Assembly (NCBI GenBank): GCA_002256025.1
Contig: NKIB01013710.1
Coordinates: 1 to 52,810, forward strand
Source of the DNA: Asterionella formosa
Lineage: Eukaryota
Direction of reading: 5' to 3'
Length of the DNA: 52,810 bases
Numbering within the stretch: the stretch's first letter is position 1; every line of letters begins with the position of its first letter. Made by a program: the position numbers and the translations under genes. Below, piece by piece: positions 1-11,917 of the stretch. Under the pieces are notes generated by a model. It saw only the letters and a list, made by a program, of their open reading frames with translations, was not told where the DNA came from and did not search any database.

Positions 1-837
1 AGCAACAATTAAATACCGGTCGTAAATTCTATGCAATTCCGGTCATTGAGCAATTTTAATTATACCACCGTTATTTGCTTGAATGAGGGGCCACGAGGTA
101 TACCCCGTAGGCCTAGTACTCGCAAAAGCCTGACCCTATATATATGTATTTATTGGTAATATTTTGCGCCTAAAAACTCTTGTTAAAATCACATTGACCA
201 TGTCGGTATCATACTGTTGGTTAACTCATCAATTTTACCACCTCCCGCGCCGCTTGATTTATCAACATAAGCGCCATGATCAGCGGTTTCAGTAAACGCA
301 TCAAGCGCCGTGGGAGCACACAATTTCGTTTATATACGACCTATTTAGTGTTGAGCATGGCAAATCCGCGCCTACATGACCAACCAAATCACGTGCAAAA
401 CCTCTTGAGCTTGACAGTAAGGTACCTGGAGTTGAAATTGTACAGGAATTCCTCCAATAGGGTGCTATAGCTGTAACAATATAGCTACTTCAGCGATTTC
501 ACAACCATCGCTGTGCAATGGACTCGATTTCAAGGTCATCATGAATGAACTCAACCATGACAACAACGAGATCCTCGGATGGTAAAATTATTTAAATGTA
601 TACATTAAATTTATTCATGTGTATGTTATTTATGCACAAAATTTTACTGATGCTAAAATTATGTTGTACTGGTAGCTACGGTGGCTACCTAATGTTTTTT
701 AAGGATGCAGCCAGCCATATGATATATTTATTTTAGTGAAAACGTGAAAACAATATTTCGGACATAACTCTACACTGATTAAGTCTGGGCCAGCTCCTGC
801 CTTTACCGGTAACTATTTGAAAATGAAATAGTTCGTG

Positions 838-1022
838 GCAATGAGCAATTTTTTTAGCTATGAGCAAAAATTTGAGGTACTGAGCAAATTTATTTAGCGA
901 CGAGCAATTCCTCAGAGCAATGAGCAATTGCTCTGAGAAGTGAGAAGAGAGCAATGAGCAATTGCTCTGAGAAGTGAGCAAATGCTCTGAGCAATGAGCA
1001 AAACTTTCGTGTAGTGAGCAAA
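838..1022. repeat. Cluster of (T)GAGCAA / GAGCAATTGCTCTGAGAAGTGA short repeats, ending next to TTTCGTGTAGTG (possible CACTA/EnSpm right end)
   Basis: About a dozen GAGCAA units. Two identical AGAGCAATGAGCAATTGCTCTGAGAAGTGAG copies at ~914 and ~947. GTAGTG at 1011-1016 is the reverse complement of CACTAC. Confidence 0.6.
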
Positions 1023-1737
1023 TTGGAGGGTTTATTAAAGAGGGAACGCCAAATCACTACGTACGGTTATAATTTAAATTTACTTAAGAGGACGAACATG
1101 GATAGGAAGCCAGCCGACTCCAGCGGTCGGTCGTACTTACAAAGCCCTTCAGGCGGGCTGAAACCAAAAAAGCACGCAGATGGCGCAATTACCGCACCTT
1201 CCAGGTAGTAAAGGTACCAGTACCTGGTACCTGGTAGGTGGTACTCCAGTTTAACTGATAGGAGTGGATAGGCGATGATGACACGAGTCACGTTTGCATT
1301 TGGTGCCACAGTCGTTGCATGGAGCAGGCAGAAGAACGTCTTGGCCTCATACTTCATGCGTAGGCTACCTACCTGATACCCTTGCTAATATGTTACAGGT
1401 CCTGGTACGCGGTATACAGCAGAGCGATGCGTTCATTCAGTCGTAAATACTGAAACTCCGGGTGTTGTACCAGGTCCTTCGCACGTACCATGCATGATTC
1501 GACCCGAGCAGGATATCGCCTACATAAGACATAGTATGGGACAAGCAATTGCCTTGTACTTCGTTGTTTTTGATCCTGCACGTTCGATCACCACCTCGAT
1601 TGCAAATTACAAGAATTCGCACTGTTTGCATACGGTACGCAAGTCGAGGCTTCTCATAAAATATCGATTGTCACCAACCTGTACTCTACATTATTGTAAA
1701 CGAGGAACGCATCGTCCGTTAAATACATCATACAATC

Positions 1738-2404
1738 ATGGGATGCACAGAATCTATCGAAACAATCCCAGGAGCTCTGCAAGCCTCGCTCACAGCACCA
1801 CACGAAACGAAAACGTTGCCTGTGATTGGAAATGCTTCCATCATGGACAAAAAGGGGCATGGGACTAGCCAAACACCAGTACAAGACAATCTACGATGGG
1901 GCTGTGACTTTAAGACGGCAGACAAGATATGCAACTACAACCGACACTATGGTAAGTGAAAATTTTGGAAACATATTTTTCGTTAAAAATGTCGTAAACC
2001 TAAGACAACCCATTTTTCTTCCCCCAATAGCCGAATTCTCTGGATATTTTAAAGCGAGAAAAATTTTCCTCAAAGAATTGGACAACGCTAAAGCTACTTC
2101 CACCACAATGAAATTTTATGACTCAAATACTGGGAATTTGTTGTTTGAGGCCCCCGTTGGACGATCGCACGATGAATTCTTAGCTGAAAGTGTAGCGCAT
2201 GGGTGGCCATCCTTTCGGGACGAAGAGGTCAATTGGGATCAAGTTCGCTGTTTGAGAGGAGGAGAAGCAATTAGTTTGGCTGGCACCCATTTAGGACACA
2301 ATTTACCAGACAAAAAGGGCAACCGATACTGCATCAATCTTGTTTCTTGCGCAGGAAACCCAGTCCAGGAAGAATGCTCTGCGGCTCCCACTCCTGCTGA
2401 ATAG
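1738..2404 (+). CDS. msrB: Methionine-R-sulfoxide reductase (MsrB/SelR-like), 2 exons: 1738-1951, 2031-2404
   Basis: Intron 1952-2030 (GTAAGT...CAATAG) joins ..NYNRHY to AEFSGYF.. in frame. MsrB motifs HGWPSF, GTHLGH and RYCIN are present. N-terminus is MGC. Confidence 0.88.
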
Positions 2405-3274
2405 AGCTACCAATTTTTTGATGGGACGGAAGCTATCATTTCATTGATTGTAGAGGGCTGGTATTTATTGTGACCATGGGTGTATAGGTGAAAGTAAAAT
2501 GTAATTTGTATTCAATATTATGATTAGAAGGACAAAATGAATCGATGAATAAGAGAAAAGACAATTCAATTTTTGCTTGTACGGTGTTAAATAGGGCAGG
2601 TCTTTACAGAGATACAAAAATTTAAAATATTTTGCTTGGCCCAATTTTGTATCTCACCCATCTGGGTGGTATGTTGCTTCCAGCAACACATTTTTTGTTG
2701 CTCTGAAATGTGTAGCTGTTTGTATTGCTGCAGATACAACATTAAGCCACAGGTAATGATATAAATTTAATTTACGTAATGTAATTAAATTAATCAAGAA
2801 ACACATCATTTTTATCTCTAACAGCAACAACAGAAAAGAATGTTGCTCCAGCTGCTGCTACTTCTCATCATGGCATCAATTGATTCTTCATACAATGAAT
2901 GTTAATCTGCATCAAAGAAACTGAATGATCAATGGGTTGCAAGCACTACTCCTGTTGATTTTTTCATGGACAGCGAGGGACAATTGACAATGATAAAAGA
3001 TATTCTCATCCAACAGATATCCCTACAACGACTTCGAATATTTTGTGTTTACTTTAAAAACTCTGGATACAGAAACAAAACCAAGGCAATTACTGTTACA
3101 CTCATTAAGAATTGGTTAAAGAATCTTGACCTTCAAGATATGATTGGGTATAACAAAAATTCATCCAAACAACCGAAGCTGTATCTGAAAAGAAATTGAA
3201 TTCCTTTTACTCCTGAATCATAAACAAGGAAGTCTCCTTGCCTACCATCAAAGCAACTTTCTGCCACCAGAAGA

Positions 3275-3840
3275 NNNNNNNNNNNNNNNNNNNNNNNNNN
3301 NNNNNNNNNNNNNNNNNNNNNNNNNNNNNNNNNNNNNNNNNNNNNNNNNNNNNNNNNNNNNNNNNNNNNNNNNNNNNNNNNNNNNNNNNNNNNNNNNNNN
3401 NNNNNNNNNNNNNNNNNNNNNNNNNNNNNNNNNNNNNNNNNNNNNNNNNNNNNNNNNNNNNNNNNNNNNNNNNNNNNNNNNNNNNNNNNNNNNNNNNNNN
3501 NNNNNNNNNNNNNNNNNNNNNNNNNNNNNNNNNNNNNNNNNNNNNNNNNNNNNNNNNNNNNNNNNNNNNNNNNNNNNNNNNNNNNNNNNNNNNNNNNNNN
3601 NNNNNNNNNNNNNNNNNNNNNNNNNNNNNNNNNNNNNNNNNNNNNNNNNNNNNNNNNNNNNNNNNNNNNNNNNNNNNNNNNNNNNNNNNNNNNNNNNNNN
3701 NNNNNNNNNNNNNNNNNNNNNNNNNNNNNNNNNNNNNNNNNNNNNNNNNNNNNNNNNNNNNNNNNNNNNNNNNNNNNNNNNNNNNNNNNNNNNNNNNNNN
3801 NNNNNNNNNNNNNNNNNNNNNNNNNNNNNNNNNNNNNNNN
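3275..3840. other. Assembly gap (566 N)
   Basis: Run of N. The three ORFs crossing it are artefacts. Confidence 1.
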
Positions 3841-4229
3841 AACTCACTTTTGATAAGTTGGATAGCAAACAATTGTCAGAGGTTATGGAATTTCTAAATG
3901 CCCATTACAAGATCTGTTTCAATAATAACAAAGTTTCTGGTCAACACAACAATTAACAATTTTGACAATTTCACTCATAACCGGCCTTATTGTATGTACT
4001 ATCATCTATGGCTTCACCAGGTGCCACATTTCCGCGCCTATTCAGTGCCAAGTTTAAGTGATGGTGTTGTTGCGGACAGTACAATTCATTTCCCTGCAGA
4101 GGATGAAGTTGCCACGCTCCCTGTTCAACGAGAAAAGGGAGAAAAAATGACAGGAATGAGTTTGAAATCACGTCAAAACAAGTGGTTGATGCTCTTATAG
4201 AATTTTCAAAATCAAATGAACGCCATACA

Positions 4230-4815
4230 AAAATGACATTTGCATTGTTGGTGACAGCATCAAGAATAATTTGTCGAATATGTGAAGTAACTTGTACTAC
4301 ATCCAATTCCCTGACAGTTGGAAAATATGCCCACCTTAGAAGAGCATTGGGAATTGTATCAAACTTAGTCAGAAATTCAAAACCATTAGCAAGTTCCTTC
4401 TTTTTATCATCATCCATGATTAAAAAAATTGTGTCAGCAGGAAGAAGCAGAAAGAATTCCAACTGATTTCTTCAGTCTGAAGGACAAGGGTGTCCTCAGG
4501 ATCCTCCTTTTATTGGTGAGCAACACAAACGTCATCTCAATTCTAATATGTAGTACTAGTTGGGAAAGGAAATATTTTTATTCATCTTTGTTTGTTGATT
4601 CTCTTTGACCTCTAACAAAGGGACAGAGTAATTGATCAGTCAATGTGTAAGCAGCATCATCTACTAGTATGTATTGTCCTGGACAGCAAAGCAAGGTTGG
4701 ATATATCTTTGTCATTTCAAGCCTTGTTCTGATCTGGACATTTTCCTGGTGCCACAAGAACACCAAAGTATAGGAAATAACAATTACTGTCACAAACAAC
4801 TTACTGACGTCCCAT
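4230..4815 (-). pseudogene. Harbinger/PIF-type DDE transposase, C-terminal fragment with frameshifts and stops
   Basis: Fragments VVCDSNCYFLYFGVLVAPGKCPDQ, GQYILVDDAAYTLTDQLLCPF and YFLSQL..IRIEMTFVLLTNKRRIL match the QxxCD..F..PG..D, GDxAY..L.PF and R..IE..FG..K.RIL motifs of DDE_Tnp_4/HARBI1. Confidence 0.8.
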
Positions 4816-5213
4816 CATTGTGAGGACACCATCATCAGCATTGTTGTTACCATGGTGCTCAGCCACCATCATATGTTACATGCACCACGTAATAATACAA
4901 ACCGGTATGCACACAGTGCACATGATACCGGTTTATAGGTCCTGGTATATAGACTACAGTACCTGGTACCTGGTACCGATCTCGTCCTCATTCTCATTCC
5001 AAATCAAGTCTTGATTTCATGCTAGTACAGACTCCATGCTAGTACAGACTCTACATACATACACAAACTTAAAGCCTGGAGGACTGGTTGGTACCTAAGA
5101 TGTATACAAAATACCTCCGTATGCAGTAATGACTCACTCAACTTTTGATCTCACACGTTGTCGTCTCGACCACGAGGACATTTTGTAGTTCTCTATAAAT
5201 CAGATAACTCATC

Positions 5214-8200
5214 ATGAAACATTGGTTCTCCTTGGCAGCTTCGCTGCTGTTGGTGCCCGATAATGGTGTAGTGGCCTTCACCAGCATCCGGCCCAATCAT
5301 GATTCGTCAGTGTCGCAGAGTCGTAATAGTTTCAGAATTCCAGAATTGAACATGGGGTTGTTGGACAGCGTGGTAAATCCAGGAGCAGGTGATGCGAAAA
5401 AGAGGGTGGAAGCGAATAAAAAGTATTTGGATGGCCTTCAGAAGCGCGTCGATAGGATCAACTCATTGGAACCCGCGATTGAAGAACTGGACGACGATGC
5501 ACTCAAGGCAAAAACCACAGAATTTCGTGAACGATTGGCCCAGGGAGAAGATATCAACGGTCCATTGTTGGAAGAAGCATTTGCTGTAGTTAGAGAAGCG
5601 GCATGGTAAGCAATAGGCCTTGTGTGTGTGTGAGAGTTTAAGAGGGATTGACTCGTGCTGTCACACTGATCACACTCAATTTGTTTGCAACGTCTTGCTC
5701 ATCGTCTGCCAGGCGTGTGTTGGAGTTGCGACATTATGATGTGCAAATGTTAGGTGGATTGATTCTTCACGAAGGAAGATTGGCGGAAATGGCGACAGGA
5801 GAGGGAAAGACTTTGGTATCCACACTGCCTGCCTACGTTAACTCATTATTGGAGAATAAGTCCTCATTCATTATCACTGTCAACGACTACTTGGCGCGAC
5901 GAGACATGGAAAAAATGGGTCAAGTCCATCGCTTCCTTGGACTCACGGTCGGGCTGATTCAGAGCAGCATGAATGAAGAAGAACGTAGGAAGGCGTATGC
6001 TTGCAATATCGTTTATGTGACAAACAGTGAGTTAGGATTCGATTATTTAAGGGACCATTTGGCCTTGACTCCAGCACAAACGGTATTGCCCGGAGGTGCT
6101 GGTGAGTTTGATGGATTCTGTATCGTGGATGAGGCCGATAGTGTTTTAATTGATGAAGCCAGGACACCATTGATTATTTCGAAGCAAGTTCCTGCTCCTG
6201 CAGACAAGTATGCGACTGCCAACGTACTGGCCAACGCACTAAAGCGTGGCTTACATTACACCGTTGACGCAAAGAATAAGAACTGTGTTCTCAACGAGCT
6301 TGGTTACAAAGACGCTGAAAACGCCCTGGGTATTGACACACTGTTTGCCCTACAGAGTGATGGACAAGCATGGGCTCCGTTTGTTCTCAATGCTATAAAA
6401 GCAAAGGAACTCTTTACAAAGGATATTGAATACACCGTCATGACTGACAAAGAAGGGAATAAGAACGGGGTTGGAATCATCGATGCCTTTACTGGGCGGG
6501 TCTTGGACGGACGCAGGTGGTCTGATGGGCTTCATCAAAGCATTGAAGCAAAGGAGGGCATTTCTGTCAGTGAACAGAGTCAAGTCATTGCAAAGGTTAC
6601 GTATCAGGTAAATACAACCCCACCAGTTCTGCGAAATGGTTTATTTATATATTGTATCTAATTTATTCTTGTTGCAGGCTCTCTTTCGTCAATTCACCCG
6701 TCTCTCCGGAATGACGGGTACAGCTCTGGCAGACGCTCCCGAAATAGAGATGACATATGGACTGAAGGTTGTCACTGTACCCACTGCACTTCCGATCGCC
6801 CGTCGTGACTATCCCGATGTTGCGTTCAAAACAAGGGCAGCTGCGAATGCTGCTTTAGTGAAAGAAATTTGCAACGTTGGTGGAGGACAGCCTGAAGGCC
6901 GTCCATGTTTGGTCGGTACCACCTCCGTGGCTGCCAGCGAAATGCTTGTTGCCGCCCTGGCGAAGCAAGGAATCAAAACTGAATTATTGAATGCTTCTCC
7001 AAAAAATGCTCCTCGAGAGTCCGAAATTATCGCGCAGGCGGGCCGAGCTGGAGTTGTAACAGTCGCCACCAACATGGCCGGTCGTGGTACCGATATTCTT
7101 TTGGGAGGTTGCTCGAAGACTATGTCCCGTATTAAGGCACGCTCTGTCTTGATCGCAAATGGGGTTTTGTCACAAGCAGAGGCCGCTTACCTTCCACCCT
7201 CACCACCGGAGTCCTACTTCCCGTGTGAAATCGACGACGATGAAATTTCAGCGTTGAAGGATACTGCTGTTGCAATCAAAAAGGAGTTTGGAAGCGAATT
7301 GACTGCTGTTACACTGGACGAAATTTTGACAGTTGCGAATGACTCGACGGAGAGTGAAGACGATCCTGATTACATTGTGAAACTACGTGATGCTACAGAA
7401 GCCGTGAAATCAATCTATGCAGAGATTCTTGACGAAGAAAAGGAAATCGTCAAAGCTCGTGGGGGATTATACGTCATGGGTACAAATCGTCATGAGTCGT
7501 CTCGTATTGATTCTCAGTTGAGGGGCCGCTCTGGTCGTCAAGGTGACCCGGGATCATCCCGATTTTTCCTTTCATTTGAGGACGACATGTTTGTAATTTT
7601 TGGTGGCGACAAGCTCAACAATATCTTAAAAATGTTCCGTGTCTCGGATGATATGCCAGTTGAAGCACCTCAAGTATCGGAAGCTCTCGACAAGGTTCAG
7701 TTGGCAGTGGAACAAAAATATCGCGAAATTCGAGCTGAGATATTCAGATTTGACGATACCTTGAATAGTCAACGCCAGGCAATTTATGAACGCAGACGCA
7801 GCATTCTATTCTCCACACCAGAAGACACTGCCGAAGAAATGAAAAGGTATAACAAAGGAACCGTGGAGAGTATCGTGAACACTCTAAGTAGTGGGGAGAA
7901 AGGTGGAATCAACACTGCCAGACTTGTTGAAAAGATTTCAATCTTTTTTCCTCTTGTTCTACTGAAGGAGTCCGAATTGTCTGGGAAAGATGCAATTTCA
8001 CTGACAGATTATATTTCGAGTAAGGTAAACCAAGTATTTGTTGAGAAAATGAACAAAATGGAAGTTGCTGCCAAGGCGGCAGGCCGACCTTCAATGCCTT
8101 TGGCTCGATCGGCTAATTACCTCATGTTGGTAACAATGGACAACGCATGGAGTGATCATTTACAAAACATGGAGAACCTCAAGGAATCCGTAGTCCTTCG

Positions 8201-8342
8201 AAAGTACGAAGGGCTTGATTCTGTGACGGCATACAAAAATGAAGCCTTTGTTCTCTTCCAGGGCTTAACCGACACTATGCGAAACAACGCTGTTTATTCA
8301 TTATGGCAGTCCCTGAACGTTCCGCAACCTATTGCAGCATAA
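5214..8342 (+). CDS. secA: Nucleus-encoded, plastid-targeted preprotein translocase SecA, 3 exons: 5214-5605, 5713-6607, 6678-8342
   Basis: Introns 5606-5712 and 6608-6677 (GT..AG, frame-preserving). SecA motifs [38 protein letters not shown] and [13 protein letters not shown]. Signal peptide ends VVA-F (ASAFAP-like) and is followed by a transit peptide. Confidence 0.95.
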
Positions 8343-9383
8343 TATATTGACCCCCTCATGAATATTGGTACATACAATCCACCTCAAATCAATTTTCTAG
8401 TATTATATCGCATTTTGATAACCTAGTATCATACTGCATGCCTCGGAAAATTCCTCTTGGTGCACACATAGGCTAGGAACACCAAAACAGGCTTAAAAAT
8501 CAGCATTACATCATCACATCATCACTAAAATTACCGCAAAAACTATAAGTGTGAAACCTTGTCAACCTTGTCATGGCTTCAACTCTCTCAAGAGTTAACC
8601 AAAGAAACATGGTTGAGAAAAATGATTGATTATTTAGATTAAAATGATAGAACCAAAGTATTCAACCACTGGTAGCTACTCTATCAGCTACTCCTACGAT
8701 GGGCTGGTTGCCTATTGAATCCTTGGGTTCATAAAGAAACAGCATTAAAATACTGCTTTGGTAGAAGTAGAAGGATACTGGTATACTGTCATTTCCATTT
8801 TTGGAATATTTTGCTTTTTGGGAAATGAATACGATATACCAATCATATTCGGATTCCCCTGTTGCTTGGCTGATGACATCATAGTTTCCCATTTATGATC
8901 ATAGCATAGACATTGTCTCCGCCATCATATTATTTACCGTGCGTTATAAAATTCACTGGATCTGTGGATGAAACATACTATCCGTGCGTGTCAAAGGGGG
9001 CAGTTGAAATTGGTGATTTCCAGGATTCTTTCGACTGACATCATTTTTCCGGGTTATAATTGTTGGACTCGTACGCACAACAGCCCCAGCGGTTCAAGTG
9101 TACGTCATGCGACACAAGTAATCGAGGATTCTCATGCGCTTGTTTTGCAATATGTAGCAGCCGCACTTTTTCGATGGCGTAATACGTCTGCACCTGACCT
9201 TCGTCTGCTCTGCCAAAAAGTACGTATTGATTACCGGTTTATTTACACCGTATACACATATTTGCATTATTTAGACGAGTGGTATACATCTACTCTATAC
9301 GGAGTATCAACGAATGACACTTGTCAGGCGGCAGTGGTTTGTTCTTCGTAGTCCCGTTCCATATCTGCAGGCTTTGATTGACC

Positions 9384-11384
9384 ATGGACGACGATCCGCC
9401 CACTGTTTCTCGGTCTCCTTCACCAGAGCTACCACCTGTAGCAAAGAGGCCAAGGCCTTCATCAGTGACGCTTGAAGAGTTATGCCAGCAGAGCCAATGG
9501 ACAGAAGCAGCTGAACGAGCTCGAACTCACCCCAACGAAGCTATGAGTTGCAATGTCACAGGAACTTCACCGCTTGCCTTGGCATGTCGAAACGGAGCTC
9601 CCGTGGAATCCATCAAGGCAATATTAGATGCTTCGCCCTTTGAAATCAGGAACCTGCTACCTTCGCGAGGTACCCCACTGCATGAAGCGATATTATGTGA
9701 GTCGATTGGAACTGACGGCATTCGTGTGCTCATTGAAAAGGACGAATCACTTCCGGGTCAAAGAGCTACATTGCTCCAAGACGTGGATGGACATACGCCA
9801 TTGCACCTTTTGATAAGAAGAAGGTCGCAGTCGCACATTCTGACGGGAGACGATGAGAACTGGGCTGCTTTGTTGCACCTAGTGGTCAAGAGCTGTCCAC
9901 AGGCTGTAGGAATACCTGATAGGGGAGAATACGAAGAGCCTCCTTTAGTGATGGCCCTGAAGGCGCACATTTATGCAGGAGCGGATTATGAATCTGACGA
10001 TTTTCTGCGTATTGAGAAGCGAATTCATGACATGGTCCAGACCATGCTGAAGTACTATCCGGAAGGAGCATCGCAAGTGTTGACTGGATCCAGGGGCCAA
10101 TACACTGCGATTCATTCAGCTGTGTTTCACGGCCGCTGTAGTGACGCCATTCAACTCCTTCTAGATACGAAAAGAGACTCTTCTGCGGCATGTCTGTTAG
10201 CGAATACTCAAGGCGAGCTGCCACTCCATTTCGCGGCCATGCGAGGAGAGTCCCCGCGAACAATACATTTGTTAGCAAACGCAGCTCCAACAGCCGTGAT
10301 GAAGCGAGACGCTGCTGGTTTAACACCGCTACATTGGATGTGGATTCGATTTGTCTCAACTCTTCTGATGCTCGAAGACAAGGGAGATAATACTATTCTT
10401 GAATTTGAACAACAATCCGGCCTCTGCGACTACACCGCTTTTTGGTTCATGGAAAAGGGAGATTTTTTCTCTGACCTCAATTTGATTCGACGATTAGACC
10501 CACCAGTTGACTTTTTGCGCATGCGACACATTCCTCCTGACTTGTATGAAGATCACTCAGCAGAAAAATGGGCCTTGCGTTCCGTAGAGTTACTTGCTCA
10601 CGTCAGAACTCGGAGATTGGCGCAGAGACAACTGCAACAGCATGATGATGCCGAAGGGGACGACGTCAATGCCAATATGTTGGAGTGGACTCGTGCCGAA
10701 GCTGTAACAAGTCTCTTTTGGACAAAGGTTGTCTCACTCCTCAAGTCAGCATGCAGAACTGCACCTCACTACCAAGAAGGCCAGAAATTCTTCTTGGCCC
10801 ACACGGCGTTCGCCACGTCGTCATGCCCCCCTCATGTTGCTGAAATTTCCTGCCAACTCTTTCCTGAAGAGCTTTCACAAAGAGACCATCAAGGAAAGCT
10901 GCCTCTGCATCATGCAGCTACTCGAAAGTGGCATGCGTGGGACTTGCGGAACGAGGGAGGCGCTGAATCAGCGGCTTGCAAGCTCCTGAGAGGAGAATCC
11001 CTCCATTTATTGGAAACAGCGTTATTTTGCTCACCACCGCAAGCCGCCAAAGTGACAGATGACAGCGGTCGCCTCGTATTGCACCACATTATCGACACTT
11101 TTGTCCAAGCCTGCAGTAGCCGTATGATGGATAACTCCGTTGCCAAGAACATGTTGAACATACTTTGGCAATTGCTTCAACTGAATCCAGAGTCGTTGGA
11201 ACAACGCGATGGCCAAACTAAACTGTATCCTTTTCTTCAAGCCACAGCTGCAGCGACAGAACACGGAATTCCGTCGTCACCTAATGTCTATCCAATTCCA
11301 TCCCCTGATGAGCTGTCCATTTCTATTACATATTTACTACTGCGAGAAAATCCATCCTTGGTCCGTCTAGGCCTAGGGGCATGA
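9384..11384 (+). CDS. Ankyrin-repeat protein
   Basis: Long single ORF (first ATG at 9384) with repeated G-x-(T/L)-PLH motifs: GTSPLALAC, GTPLHEAI, GHTPLHLL, GELPLHFAA, GLTPLHW, GKLPLHHAA. Confidence 0.85.
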   Translation: MDDDPPTVSRSPSPELPPVAKRPRPSSVTLEELCQQSQWTEAAERARTHPNEAMSCNVTGTSPLALACRNGAPVESIKAILDASPFEIRNLLPSRGTPLHEAILCESIGTDGIRVLIEKDESLPGQRATLLQDVDGHTPLHLLIRRRSQSHILTGDDENWAALLHLVVKSCPQAVGIPDRGEYEEPPLVMALKAHIYAGADYESDDFLRIEKRIHDMVQTMLKYYPEGASQVLTGSRGQYTAIHSAVFHGRCSDAIQLLLDTKRDSSAACLLANTQGELPLHFAAMRGESPRTIHLLANAAPTAVMKRDAAGLTPLHWMWIRFVSTLLMLEDKGDNTILEFEQQSGLCDYTAFWFMEKGDFFSDLNLIRRLDPPVDFLRMRHIPPDLYEDHSAEKWALRSVELLAHVRTRRLAQRQLQQHDDAEGDDVNANMLEWTRAEAVTSLFWTKVVSLLKSACRTAPHYQEGQKFFLAHTAFATSSCPPHVAEISCQLFPEELSQRDHQGKLPLHHAATRKWHAWDLRNEGGAESAACKLLRGESLHLLETALFCSPPQAAKVTDDSGRLVLHHIIDTFVQACSSRMMDNSVAKNMLNILWQLLQLNPESLEQRDGQTKLYPFLQATAAATEHGIPSSPNVYPIPSPDELSISITYLLLRENPSLVRLGLGA

Positions 11385-11749
11385 TACGCTCACTAGGCTC
11401 TTGAGCACCATTAATTTTGCACATACATAAATTCAGTGTGGTTCAGAGTCACAACGTATATATACTTACAGTTGTAAGTCTGCATGAGATAAATATTCTA
11501 TTTAAAATCAACTTTAGCAACTCCCTCTAGTGTGGTTACTACTTTTATACATAGAGAAATATATTTGTTGAGTGTACGGTGAAGTATTGCTTTGGCAACA
11601 AGAACCATCTGGTTCCCATATCAAACCACGCAACTTCAAATCAAAAAGGCAATGTGCCCAAACAACTGAGGAGCCATCCCCGTGCTCTACTAGTAGCAAT
11701 TAATTATTCAGTACATTGAATAGCACGCTATTGTTAAAGAACTCGACAA

Positions 11750-11917
11750 TTGTGGAGGTTGTGAAGTCGCACTTGGCCCCCCTAGAGGGCCTTAGACCTG
11801 CTTGTTGTCTGCCTCACCACCCAGAACCCAAGGGACTACATAAACAAAGCAGGTGAAGAATGCCGGAATCAAATCTGCCACCTCGGAAGGTGAGCTAACC
11901 AACTAAACTATTACCCT
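11750..11917 (-). mobile_element. tRNA-derived SINE-like or Pol III RNA-like element (degenerate)
   Basis: Minus strand reads GGGTAA-TAGTTTAGTTGGT (A box-like) ... GCAGATTTGATTCCGGC (B box/T-arm-like). It is followed by hairpins ACCTGCTTTGTT..AACAAGCAGGT and GGCCCTCTAGGGGGCC. Confidence 0.4.

Larger units (their letters stand above)
2590..4860. mobile_element. Degenerate PIF/Harbinger DNA transposon spanning the assembly gap; boundaries approximate
   Basis: Minus-strand DDE_Tnp_4-type fragments at ~4230-4815. Broken plus-strand coding-like pieces (2870-3270, 3898-4200) converge on them and may be the accessory gene. Confidence 0.6.

Noticed and set aside
838..1022. CRISPR-like array
   Set aside because: No constant repeat-spacer periodicity, eukaryotic context and no cas genes.
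3207..3897. Three ~200-aa ORFs in the track
   Set aside because: They consist almost entirely of the N gap.
5018..5052. 17-bp tandem duplication CATGCTAGTACAGACTC (similar small duplications at ~48243-48317 and ~52708-52753)
   Set aside because: Two-copy slippage-type duplications with no further structure.
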